DNA of 64,000 bases from Zygnema circumcarinatum SAG 698-1b (lineage: Eukaryota; Plantae; Zygnematophyceae): positions 2,203,361-2,267,360 of the forward strand of contig CM074805.1 of NCBI GenBank assembly GCA_037447605.1, in the 5' to 3' direction. Numbering within the stretch: position 1 is the first letter of the stretch; each line of letters opens with the position of its first letter. Under the pieces are notes generated by a model that was given only the letters and a program-made list of their open reading frames with translations, searched no databases and was not told the origin of the DNA. This document shows positions 1 to 11,307 of the stretch, one piece after another. The position numbers and the translations under genes were made by a program.

Positions 1-354
1 TGACAAAAGCCGTGAAACCCAAACAAATACGAACAAGAAAAAGCACAATCACCTCATTAGAACCATCACATGGCGTCACAGGCATGAAGTTCAGAGCAAG
101 ATGCACATCAGACAGAAGTGAAGTGTAATTAAAAGGCAAAGAATAAATCCCTCCCACCAGCCCCCCTCTAACTGACATCTCAATCCACCCTAGAATTCAT
201 ATGACAACTCTAGAAAAAAACCAGCAAAACATGAAGTTACAAAGAATCCCGCGTCTAGAATAAACCCAGCAACCGGTTATTGGAACTCGCAGGTAGAGGG
301 GCAAATCATTCAGCCAGCACTTCTGAAAATAGGACACATTTGAAGTAAGCTGAC

Positions 355-1681
355 CTGGCAGAACAATCTTGATCGCATGTGGGCATAATATGTTCATGAG
401 CGCCTTCGCAGCGTTCTCTGCAGCTAGTTTCACGGGTACCACTTTGTCGCCTATCCTCTCGAGAAGCATGGGCAGCAACTGGACCAGATGCGGCTCACAC
501 GTGTGGCCCACTTGTTCACAGAGCGTCGCATACAAAACTAGTGCGCCTTCTCGACCAAGGGCACTTTTTTGGTCATCCATGGCCGCTCTCATTTTGTCAA
601 AGAGCCCAGACGACTGCAAAAGAAAGCATAAAGAACAACTAAAAAATAAGAAATAAGAACAGAGACAAGGTGTTCAGAAAAAGAAGCTATATCAAAGGAA
701 CTTGCTGTCCAAACGACAATAACCTAACCGTCCCACCAACCGCCTTCACTTTTTTTTTGCGAATAGAAGATTAGAAGGGACTTGCTTGCAGAGCTTGCTT
801 CGGTCCCATGGACACATCCGGTACTGTATACACATGCCCAAAGGCAACGGTGCATACATGCCCACAGACAACGGAGAGATCCAGCTTTCAACTGGAACAT
901 CAAAACACATAGATCTGTATGCAAGCAACTAGAAATTCCAGAGAAGGGTCTGTGATGCATCTAACGCGATCAGTACAGCTTTCTGATCAGTCACGGCTGA
1001 CTTTCAACCATGGCCCAATCATGGCGAAGCTTCAAAAAAGCGTTGACGATGCTTTCGAGGAGACGAATCAAACCCATTAGCAGGCACGGACCCGCCTATA
1101 CACCTTACAAAACATCGTGAAAGCCTATGCTCGCAAAATACGACTGTTTGAGATGAGAAGCTAAGAAAGTCGTTTGAAACTAAAACAAGCATATACACGG
1201 TCGTATTGACGATCACCAACACGACGGTACGACATACGTAGCTGCAAGACGATCAACCAGAGTCAACGGCACTTGACTATAACATGTGCGTGCTCTTGTT
1301 TAAAAAACAGTTGATGAGCAGTGTATTGTAGAGACTTTAAAAGGTTACATCCGCCCAAGACAAAAATAAATCCTTAGAACGTGGCAGAAAAATCTCTTGC
1401 AGGTTATCCGGAAAAAAACTACTGCAAAATATCCAGCCAACACTCTTCACAGTTTTCATCATTAAGATTCTCAACCACCAAACTCCAAACCATCCCACTA
1501 TCCTCTCCAACGAACACGCCCTACTTTCTCCACACGCCCTCCGCACCTGCAAAACTGCAACGCCGCTTGCTTTCACAGCCGCAGTCAACTCCATGGACGC
1601 GACCCTCCGCTCAGGTAGCGACTGCGCGGCCATGACGCTCTGCCACAAGTCGCCGACCTTCCCGCTGCCATCGCCAGCCAT
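355..1681 (-). CDS. eEF3-like translation elongation factor 3 (ABCF family), N-terminal HEAT region; 5' part only, gene continues beyond the left edge
   Basis: Exon 1 1681-1547 (MAGDGSGKVGDLWQ...VAVLQ, GT donor) and exon 2 613-355 (REGALVLYATLCEQVGHTCEPHLVQLLPMLLERIGDKVVPVKLAAENAAKALMNILCPHAIKIVLP) join in frame. This resembles the eEF3/GCN1 HEAT repeat. Its position ~50 aa from the start Met favours eEF3 over GCN1. ABC domains are not in the window. Confidence 0.7.
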
Positions 1682-2433
1682 GGCGGATTCGCCTGCGCGA
1701 AACCCTAGCAGAGAGGAGCGGAACAGTCGGCCCTGCAGCAGCAGGCAGGCAGGCAGGCAGGCAGGCCCTCCCTCCCTCCCTAACTTGGAGCGCGAGGGGC
1801 GAGTCGGCCGCTTGCAGCACAAAAGGGCAGCCTTTCTCCCTCCCTCCCTCCGTGGGCCCGCGGACCGCAGGAACCGCCACGTGGACGCGGCCAGCGGACG
1901 GCCCAGCGCCACCGCCCGCGGATCGCACGGCTGGCGGCGGCGCGTCAACGCGCAAGGGGCGGGCGGGCGGTGGGCCCGGGGGGCGGCGCCGGCCAATCGC
2001 ACGCCCCCGCGAGGGCGCGAGCCAATGGCGGCGCGACGCGGCACGCGGCGGAGGCCCGCCCGGCCGCCCGCCCGTACGCGCGCCGCCTTTGGGGGCGGGG
2101 CGGCGGGCACCACCGGCGTCGGCGGCTGCTCCCGCTCCGCCCCCGCCCCCGGCCCTCGCCGAAAGGGAAAAGTGTGGAAGGCGGCCGTCCGATCCGACCC
2201 GAGGCGCACCCGACCGACCGTTCTATGCTCGTCACCTGCGACCGCTACTTGCTGCGTCGCACCGCGCAGTTAGTCTCACGTGAAGGCTGAGCGAAACAGG
2301 GTTTCCGTGTACTGTATCCGTATAGCGTGACGCCGCGGATGTACACAACGTTACGCTAGACTGCTACATTTGAATCATGGCTGGAGCAAAAAACAGCGCA
2401 TGGCGCATGGCAGTTATCTGTCATAAACTCATA

Positions 2434-2728
2434 ATGAAGCATGGGTATGTGCATGAAGCATGGGTATGTGCATGAAGCATGGGTATGTGCATGAAGCATG
2501 GGTATGTGCATGAAGCATGGGTATGTGCATGAAGCATGGGTATGTGCATGAAGCATGGGTATGTGCATGAAGCATGGGTATGTGCATGAAGCATGGGTAT
2601 GTGCATGAAGCATGGGTATGTGCATGAAGCATGGGCATGTGCAGCAGGGGGGCATGTGCAGCAGGGGGGCATGTACATGAAGCATGGGTATGTGTCACCT
2701 GGGCATGTGCATGATGCATGGGCATGTG
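2434..2728. repeat. 19-bp minisatellite (ATGAAGCATGGGTATGTGC)n
   Basis: Ten perfect units at 2434-2623, then degenerate units to ~2728. Lies between two divergent genes. Confidence 0.95.
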
Positions 2729-2942
2729 CGCACTGCCCTTGCCCTCCCGGCGGTTCGCAGACGGGGAGGCAAAGGCTTCCTCGACCTGTCGCGGAGGCAT
2801 CCATGAGGGCTGGCGCGGACCGGCAGAGGCCGGGAAGGCCGGCAGTCGGCAGAGCTGGAGCTGGCTCTGGGAGCGCGGGTGCTACGTAGCGCTGGCTCAA
2901 TAACTCCGGGAGGGCGTCGCAGGAGGGAGCGAGAGAGGGGCG

Positions 2943-4463
2943 ATGGTGGCCCTCGCCGGGGCCCGTCAGGGCTCCCGCCTCGCGGCGGTCCTGCTGGTCG
3001 TGGTGCTGCTGCTCTTCGCGCGCAACGTGCAGCTCGGATGTCGCCTCTACTGGGGCTCCAAGAGGAGGGCTGTGCCGACGCCGCGCTCTACGATAATCCA
3101 CCGGCATGAGACGCCTGCAGGGGCGTTGCGGAGGTTGCCAGTGGAGAGCAAACTGGCAGGGCCTCAAGTGCCTGAGAAGACTCTCAAGGGCAAGCTGGCA
3201 GGGCATCGAGTTGTGCCTGAGGAGACGCTCAATAGCAAACTGGCAGGGCCTCAATTGCCTGAGAAGGCGCTCAAGAGCAAGCTGGCAGGGCCTCGAATGC
3301 CTGAGAAGACGCTTAAGGTTGCGGTAGTGAACAGTGTGGCGTGGCATCACGAGGTTGTGTTCTGGCTCGTGTATACTCTTCGCCGTATTCGGAACTTGGA
3401 CCTTGCTGTCTACATTTTTTGGAACCTGTACGGCTCCGAGGACTTTTTGAAGAAGCTCGACTCGCCCGCGATGTTTCAAAAGTATCGGCTACGGGACTTC
3501 AAAGCCAATGGCACGTCAGAGGAAAACCCTGATGTTGTGTTCCTTGCTACCTGCAGTGACGACGTGCTAGCTAGGAGTTCTGACCTTACCAAGATGCTGG
3601 AGCTGAACCCTAATTTCAAACTTGTTTGCGTCGTCCATCATCCTGAGCTCATTCTTACCATAGCCAAGAAGCTTTTGCCCTTTGCCAAGGCCAAGTCCCT
3701 GACATTCATCAGCCTGGCGCCTCACGTTGCATCATTCGTGCAGTCTGACATCATTCCTGAGCTCTTACAGCACTCTCGGATGTTTGCTCGTGTTCCAAGC
3801 CTTTGGTCGGCAGCCACCTTCCTGTATGAGCCTAACTCTTCCTGTCCTCAAAGCATGTCGGAAATAAATTCTTCCCCTCCTCAGGATTATCTACCTTGCT
3901 TCAATGACTTTGTCATTCAAGGGATGGTTGTCCTCTTCCGCCGTAATTATTCTGGAATATTTGACATGCTGAATGAGAAACTGAGCAAGGATCCGGCAAG
4001 CTGGGGAAACTTTCACCTCAACGTCTTGGGAGCCAACATGGTTAATCTCACATATGCTGAACCCTTAGGTAAGAGCTTGCGGTTTTTCAACAAGATATGG
4101 TACTCTGATTTTTACGAACGAATGCACCATAATGTTGCTTTATTGCCCGCCTTCGCCTCCGAAGGTTACTACCGCAACATCTCTTCCTCTTCAGTGGCTG
4201 CTGCGCTTATTGCCGGCGTCCCAGCCATAGGAACTAGAAAATTTCTTCAGGCTTACAGCTTTTTTGAGGAGGATACAATCTATGTGCAAATGGATGGTGA
4301 AACAGAAACGGATGTAATAGATCGCATTAGGAGATTAAGTACGGCTGAGATAGTGGCGAAGAGACGAAAGTTGGCCTCGTTGAACACTAGATTGATTGCA
4401 CGGAATGTGAAGCTTTTCAGGTCTCTTATTAGACGAAGGAGGCGCAGTCAAAACAAACACTGA
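2943..4463 (+). CDS. Intronless type II membrane protein, putative glycosyltransferase
   Basis: 506-aa ORF with an N-terminal signal-anchor (RLAAVLLVVVLLLFA), a repeat-containing stem, and a globular region with FVIQG..RRNY and SSSVAAALIAGVPAI resembling a GT-B C-terminal lobe. Family assignment is inferred. Confidence 0.55.
   Translation: MVALAGARQGSRLAAVLLVVVLLLFARNVQLGCRLYWGSKRRAVPTPRSTIIHRHETPAGALRRLPVESKLAGPQVPEKTLKGKLAGHRVVPEETLNSKLAGPQLPEKALKSKLAGPRMPEKTLKVAVVNSVAWHHEVVFWLVYTLRRIRNLDLAVYIFWNLYGSEDFLKKLDSPAMFQKYRLRDFKANGTSEENPDVVFLATCSDDVLARSSDLTKMLELNPNFKLVCVVHHPELILTIAKKLLPFAKAKSLTFISLAPHVASFVQSDIIPELLQHSRMFARVPSLWSAATFLYEPNSSCPQSMSEINSSPPQDYLPCFNDFVIQGMVVLFRRNYSGIFDMLNEKLSKDPASWGNFHLNVLGANMVNLTYAEPLGKSLRFFNKIWYSDFYERMHHNVALLPAFASEGYYRNISSSSVAAALIAGVPAIGTRKFLQAYSFFEEDTIYVQMDGETETDVIDRIRRLSTAEIVAKRRKLASLNTRLIARNVKLFRSLIRRRRRSQNKH
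3145..3318 (+). repeat. Coding tandem repeat, 4 x 42-45 bp (xxKLAGPxxPEKxL)
   Basis: ESKLAGPQVPEKTL / KGKLAGHRVVPEETL / NSKLAGPQLPEKAL / KSKLAGPRMPEKTL. Confidence 0.9.
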
Positions 4464-4757
4464 TTTGTAGAGTACTAGCTTTCACTCAATAATTCAGCAC
4501 CGTCAGTTTGGATGGCGTAGTTTCAGTTCATGGAATACTTGCTGATGCTCTGAAATAATCATGAGTTTACCCTGTTGAATGACTGATGTTGAGTAAACCA
4601 TAGAGCTAGCAATGTTTGCACTGACTAAGGGTGGCTGGACTTCCTTTCTTTGCCTACCTTTTCCCAGAGGACGTAAGGATCAGATGTCTTTCTGGAAGAG
4701 GGTCTGGGCTTCTCGGGACACTTGCTTGTTCTCATGCAGCAGACTGGCGGCTAATTA

Positions 4758-5318
4758 CCGTAAAACCGAACAGGTTGAGAAAAAAAGAGATGCAAGAATT
4801 TAGCTTCTCAAAAAGAAAAACTTTCAAAACCAGTTTCTCAAAAACAAACCCTATATTTGTGAACACGATTCGTTTTGAGAAATGAGAAATGAATTCCTAA
4901 TTTGTTTTCTCAATATAGTTTTTATGGCGAACCAATTAAACTATGAACAATGAATTATCGTTCGTGTTCAATCTGAGCTTTCCGTGGGTCCATTGATCAA
5001 CAATGAGATTTTAGCGGATCGCCAAGCGCGTTGACCCGGTTTTTCGTACAGAAATTGTTGATCGGCTCGCGGGAAGAGTCGTACGGCCAAACTGGCGCCC
5101 GGGTTAACCGGATTCCTCGAACCCGTGGCAAAAACTGGAATCCACACGTGTGACCGAACCAATTGAGAGTTTGAACTTTTCTTTTAAACTTTTCGCTTTC
5201 TTGAAATCGAAAAAGTTTCGACCTCGAGTGTTCAAAGTTCAACCCTGTTCAATAACGTTGAGAATTGAGAAATTAAGTGAACTCATTTCTCACTTTCTCA
5301 ACCTATTCGGTTTTACGG
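4758..5318. mobile_element. MITE (non-autonomous Tc1/mariner-pogo-like element), 561 bp
   Basis: 25-bp terminal inverted repeats CCGTAAAACCGAA(C/T)AGGTTGAGAAA (24/25 identical; 4758-4782 and 5294-5318), TA on both flanks (4756-57, 5319-20), AT-rich non-coding interior. Confidence 0.85.
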
Positions 5319-5688
5319 TATCCACTGATTGGACGGTCACAAAGTGCATGGAGCCAACAACATGCAAATCTTGAAAGATGAGGAAATGCTTTACCACACG
5401 ACAACGATAATGCAAGCGCTAGTTTTTATTTGAGGGTGTAGATAAATGAACGTGAAATTGTCATTGCTTCAAGGTTTTTGGTTAGTTGTGGGCAGATTTT
5501 TTGTGAATGTATAATAAGATGGCCTTTGAAATTGACATGGTGAATCCAAGTTTTTGGTTGTCCTCTGTACTAATGAGCGGTGCTATCGCCTGCCCATGGA
5601 TGCGAAGGTGCAGTACGTGGCCCCAACCTGTTTGTCCATAAATATGACCTTGATATCCCTTTTTTTTTTTTTTTCTAAGGATGTGGGT

Positions 5689-5879
5689 GATGTGGCATTG
5701 ATCTCACGATGGCGATGCCATCAAATGTACATGGAAAAAATCATCATGGGGAATCACGAGGAACTGGTTGCAAAGGACCTAAGAAAAATGCGGTTTTTTC
5801 CATTCTGCAAGGTTATGGCACAAGCCATGAGCGGAACTTTGGTTCTAGGCCCAACAACAACAACGCGGCTCTAGAAGCA
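5689..5879 (+). repeat. Dispersed repeat family X, copy 1
   Basis: GATGTGGCATTGATCTCACGATGGCGATGCCATCAAATGTACATGGAAAAAATCATCATGGGGAATCACGAGGAAC... recurs at 15524, 36041 and on the minus strand at 40323. Confidence 0.85.
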
Positions 5880-7341
5880 CCCCCAAGGCCGCCCGCCGAT
5901 GTGGGCCACGTGGCGCGGAGTGGGCCGGGCCGGAAGGGCATCGACGGTCTCTAACAACCGCAGCGCGTCGAGGGAGCATGGAACTGAAGCGTGAAACGTT
6001 CACAACACGCTATAGCGCGACACTGATCAGCAGTTCCATCTTTTGGATCTAAGCAAGGAAAGGGGTTCGGCAGTTTTACGACAGTTTAACTGCGAAGTAA
6101 ATATTTTACTCATTCCGTCCTATGCATATCAACACTTTGTCGTTCCGCAACTGTCGGCCCAACGACAGACATGAAGATGGCTCGCCAGGGGACGAGAGAT
6201 GGGCGGGGTCATGGACGTATACTGCAGACCGCACCTGCTTCCGCTTCACTACCGAAGGGATGATTTGATCGGGAAATTTGACTGTGTTGCTAAAGACGGT
6301 TGGCATCTCTAGGTCAGCAGGGACTCCCATGTGAATACTGAGGGCTCCTTGATAGTCTAGATATTGCAATATCCGAGTTAAAAAAGAGTGTTTGTGGAAA
6401 TAATTTGTTGCGACTACTTGGCTGCCCAGTCTGCAACCTTTCGTATGCTTTTGCGTTTTTCTCAGGGATCTCCTTTGTATGGAGGGCTTGGGGAAACGTG
6501 AAGAAGGCTGATTGTTCTGAATTATTGCTTTCGTAAGAGAAATGGATCGCATGAACACTAGGTCTTATTGTGGGGCTAAAATGACGAAAAGGGTCAGAGG
6601 CAGATATCATCTGATTGCTTGTCGTCGCGTGATTTCATAAGTATCCAATCTGGACTCGCCGGCTGCCTAGACGTATTGCTTAACATTTTATTCTCAATAT
6701 TGGAGAAGGTCCGAGGTGTAAAAAAATTCTTTCAGTGCTGGAAAAGATAGTACAAGCTGTCTTGGAAGAGTCTCGTATAGTCTGCAAGAATCCTGCTTGA
6801 TATTTTTTACTCATGATAATCTTCCAGCCCACACCATTTTGAAGTAGAGTGAATCACTTTTTGTTAGGTCTGCACAACGCATTCACTTCATCTGCTGGAG
6901 TGCATGTGAGCATTGCAAACGCACCAATTTACAAGGCTGAGGATGGGAAATTGTGCAAAACAAAATCTGCAAACGTCGTAATTGGTAGGAGACCTCTAGG
7001 TGGAAGCATTTCAGACAGATATTTCTTATATTTTAGCCTGTTTGTAACACAACCACTGTCCTTGAGGACCTTAAGGAGATGCAGCCAGATAAAGTAGGTT
7101 CTGAAACGACTGTTGCAAATGAGCAGGCAACACCGTGAACTGTAAATCACAAATGGTAAAATTTATGACGCTTTGATTAGATCATGTTTGAGGACCAAAC
7201 ACCAAACCAATGCACGCTTATTTTATGTTGCACTTGTGCACATGTACAGAGAAGGGCTTTACACTTCTGCTTGGGCAATTTGCTTCTAATAAATCATTCA
7301 GAACAGTAGTGAAACCTGATGATATCTTTCTTTGGACAGGC

Positions 7342-10300
7342 ATGCCAGGAATTGATACAGACCGAGTGGTGCACGGAGAGCATTTGGAGGATGAACTTCG
7401 GGAGCTCATTTGCGTCTTTTGTGAAGATCTGGTGGATCCCACTGATGCTGTTCAGGTGAAAAATATACGGCTTTTGTGTTCGTTGTCTGGCATTTTCTGC
7501 ATTTCAGTGATTTCTGCTGAAAAGTTCACCGTTTGCCATTCACCCGAGAGCACTCTTTTATATTATTTCTTCTGCCAGTGTGAAGCGTTACTCTCTAGCC
7601 TTTGTATGAGTTAAGCTGGAAGGCATTAGATGCATGGGAATGCTTTCGAAGCTGATGAGAATTTTTGTTACTGCAGACGCCATGTGGTCATGTGTTCTGC
7701 CATGGCTGCATCGTGAAGGCCATTGATACTGTAGGGCCAACCTGCCCAATTGTAAGTCAAAGGAGTATCAGGTTGGCCTGGAGCTTCTCAAACTCTTAAA
7801 CTGAATTCAATTTATTGATTTTTCGAGGTACAGATGCGCCGTTGGAATAATGGTGCATAGGTGGCCGAGCTGATTCAAGCTGCCGCATCATTGAATTGTG
7901 ATTCATGGATATAAGCCCAACTGCGCAAATCCTTTCGCAGCATGATGATGTATGATGCATGATTTGATTGATGTCATAATGCAGATAGTTAAACTTAGCT
8001 TGTTTCATTTCTAGACCGCGTTAGAGCAAGTGAAGTGCGATATGACTAGCAGTGAAGTTCAGGCACGTGTGCCACTGCATCAATAAAACCGTGGCAGGGA
8101 ATCATTCCGCTGCCCAACAAGACCGTTAAAATCCTGCACTCTCGGAGAGGTCAATCGCAGGGTCCAAAAGGATCTACGGAGACTGGAACCTTTTCGAAAC
8201 TGCTAGATGCGCTTCTATGATCACTTAAGTTTTTGACTTTGCGCATGTTTGTGAATATAGGACAAGTCAGATGTTGCAAAGGACCAGCTGATACCACTAA
8301 AGGAAGCCAATCGCATTGTATACCGCATGCTCGGCAGGTATGCCTTCTGCCAGCTCAGCGCGTTGCACCTAAAGCAGTGGACGCCTTTCAGGAGGAAAAA
8401 TACATGTCCATTTTTGGGTCTAAAAATCTTCTGCCAGGAAGCAATTTAGAGAGAGAACAGGAGCTTATTTTTATTATCTTCCACTGGTCCTTGAACTGGA
8501 AATGCTGTTTCAGCTGACCGCTGAACAAATTGCTTTGGAAGGTGTATTTTGATGCCAAACCCCTCTCTTCTTCAACAGAACAGTTGTTCGCTGTTCAAAC
8601 TTTTCGGATGGCTGCAACTGGCGTGGTGAACTGTCCGAGGTGGATTCCCATTTGCAGAGCTGCACCAAGGCGCCCTCTCATTGCAAGGTGTGGCAGCTAA
8701 TGACTGCTCATTTGCGAGTGTTCATAAAGGATAGGCAAGTTTTGTTGTGTTCATGGGGGTTGGATTTTTTCCTTGATAAAGTTTACCAATTGGCTCTTTG
8801 TCAACATGTTGGTTCTTTGCAGTGCTGCCAAGAGAATGTGGCAGATCTTACAAGAGCGAAGGAGCTTATTACAGGGTTTGAGCGCCTTGTCACTGGCTAT
8901 GAGACGAAGGTCGCAAGGTTGGAGCAGCAGCTTGCAATCTACAAACAAACTATTGGCGAACAAGCAGAAAAAGTGGCCTCTTTGGAGCAGCTTTTGTCTG
9001 AAAAGGTCTGGATGGCAGTGACCACTTCTTCTATCTGTGAGGAATAGCAATTGTGTTGTGTGCTAGCAGATGAGCTTTGTATCCCAGAATCTCCTCTTTG
9101 CTGATGTCTTACATACATGAGGTACTTTTGCTATGGACTGCGGTGCAGGGAACTTCCGAGCTTGTGGCGCCTATTGCTGCACTGGATGAAGACATGCCAA
9201 CATCTCCTGTAAACTATCCTTTAATTGCCGCAGCTATAGAGCCTGGACCCCGGAGGTGAGGCATCTATACATTCCTTTGTGTGAGCATTTTTCAGCAGGG
9301 CTTTCGGCGCCTCTTGGAAGTCCTCCGAACTATCTGTGTCCATATGTTGAAAGGTGGACTGTTATGGATAACTATGTTGGGGGCATCTGGGACATCCCAC
9401 GAGATTGCTTTTGTAAAGCGTGCAAAGCAATGGACACAACTTAACTCTCAACTCTTTACAATTTTCAATGCTGAGAATAAATTGTTTCGGACGGTGCAGA
9501 AATCATAGTCCTCCTCGAGAGGCTCAAGTCTCTGGTGATGTGAGCCAATCACTGTCTCCGAAAATTTCGTCACCTCGTTTAGCCTACCCCCAGCCTTGGA
9601 GAGGTGGCATTTTTGTCGCAACTCTTATGGGTCATACAGATGCAGTGAATTCCATGGTGGTTGCTCCAGATGGCACTCTCTATTCAGCAAGTTGGGACGG
9701 TGGCATAAAAGTTTGGCAGAGGCAAGTTTGTGTGGCGACACTGACAGGGCATAAGGCTTCGGTCAATAAGCTCGCTATGGGCAAGGAAGGAACATTGTAC
9801 TCTTGTGGAGATGACAAATCCATTCGAGCATGGCAGGACTTGCAGTGTGTGGCGATCCTGGAAAAGGGTGGAGTCTTGGCCCCAAATCCCGTCAAGCTTG
9901 CGATTTCAGGAGACGCGCTATTTGTTGGGTACTACAAGGGAGGAATCTCGGTTTATGAGGATTTTAAGAAAGTGGCAACGATCAGAGAACATAATCGGGG
10001 CTCCTCATATATGGACTTAGTCGCAGCCAATGACGGAACTGTTTATTTTTCAGGAAATGCGGACAAGACCATTGTTGCATACAAAGGAGGAGCAGTCGTT
10101 GCTACACTGGCGGGGCATACTGGGGATGTCTACTCTATGACCGTCAGTAACGACGGCATGCTGTATAGTTTAGGCACCGATGACAGCATTCGGGTGTGGC
10201 GAAACCATGCATGTATCGCAGTTTTCAAGTGTGGAGCACGGGGCGACCTACTGGTTGGCCAGGACGGAACGCTGTACTGTGGACATGTGAATGAACCGGT

Positions 10301-10445
10301 GATCAGGGCATGGAAGGGAAAGGAGTGTATTGCGACCTTGCAAGGTCACCAGAGCGTAGTCGTGGCTCTCGCACAAGCTCCTGATGCCACTCTCTATAGC
10401 GGAGATCGAGATGGGACAATCAAGGTTTGGCGAGGTACAGGATAG
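7342..10445 (+). CDS. RING - TRAF-type zinc finger - coiled coil - WD40 protein (TRAF7-like putative E3 ligase)
   Basis: Seven phase-consistent GT-AG exons: 7342-7455, 7677-7751, 8261-8337, 8579-8687, 8823-9005, 9149-9255, 9500-10445. RING CVFC..CGH..CHGC..CPID, zinc finger VRCSNFSDGCNWRGELSEVDSHLQSC, coiled coil, then WD40 repeats (GHTDAVNS..SASWDGGIKVW etc.). Confidence 0.8.
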
Positions 10446-11307
10446 AGTCGGTGATTCGATATGGGGAAGCCTATGTGCACTACAAGGAGAAGTATTTTAA
10501 GGGTTTGGCGGCTTGTCAGTGCTTTGTGTTCATAACTTTGACTATGTCATTTTTTCGGCATCGTTGTCCTGGTCCTTTGGGAAGTGATGATTCGGCATTG
10601 CTGCCTGTCTCTCATGTTGCCTTGCAGTGCTCAGTGGTATGTAGTACAAGGCATAGAACAAGTTGTGCAATGTCCCAACTTTGTACGTTTCACGCCACTA
10701 TATTTCGTAAAAAACTGCTTTGCCTTTGTGGGCGAAAGTTGCACTGCCAATCGCAAACCTACGCGTAACTTTGAGAGTCATCTCCCCCGGCAACCATGAG
10801 ATCTGAGATGCGGTTGCTTGCTCGCGACGATTTCCGTTCCTTTTTCATCTCGAGGTTTGTTAGAGCACTCGAGACCCGAGAGCACATGAGACTGCTTCCG
10901 AGGAAGCGCTTGTCCCAGAAGTGCTGGACGCACATGTCTTTTGCCGCCTTCTTCGTTATGTACTCAATGTCAGAGTCACCACTTTTTCGACTCCCAACTG
11001 AAAGCTCATCGTGCTTGGCATCGAATGTCAAGAATTCCTGTCGGTAATAAGATATGAGGATGTCAAACTAATTATGAGGATGTCAAACTAATTACAACGT
11101 AACGCCAATAGCATCCACGTACGAACACAAATGTCATATTCCAAAACCAAAGGCGTTTTCTTGCATGTGATGTAGGTCCTATGCAACAGTTTGCTCTGTT
11201 GCTACTATTCCTGGATCACGTACGGCTCTAGAGTTGCACAACAGATCCTTAGCCGTTATTTTCGCATATAGGAGTGCCACTGCTGCCGGTGTTGCTACCT
11301 ATTGTGC

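Noticed and set aside
1337-2290. Long overlapping Arg/Pro/Ala-rich ORFs (also at 14500-16400 and 58800-60400)
   Set aside because: Expected in very GC-rich promoter islands; no domain signal beyond the exons already called.
2434-2728. CRISPR-like array or His/Cys-rich ORFs
   Set aside because: Head-to-tail identical units with no spacers; the ORFs are artefacts of a stop-free repeat.
10759-11040. Exon-like minus-strand ORF after PLAC8 gene A
   Set aside because: Has an acceptor but no phase-compatible donor or recognisable homology.
11054-11094. 20-bp tandem duplication (similarly (CACAT)n at ~24525-24577 and (GATAC)n at ~28907-28928)
   Set aside because: Ordinary slippage repeats with no evidence of function.
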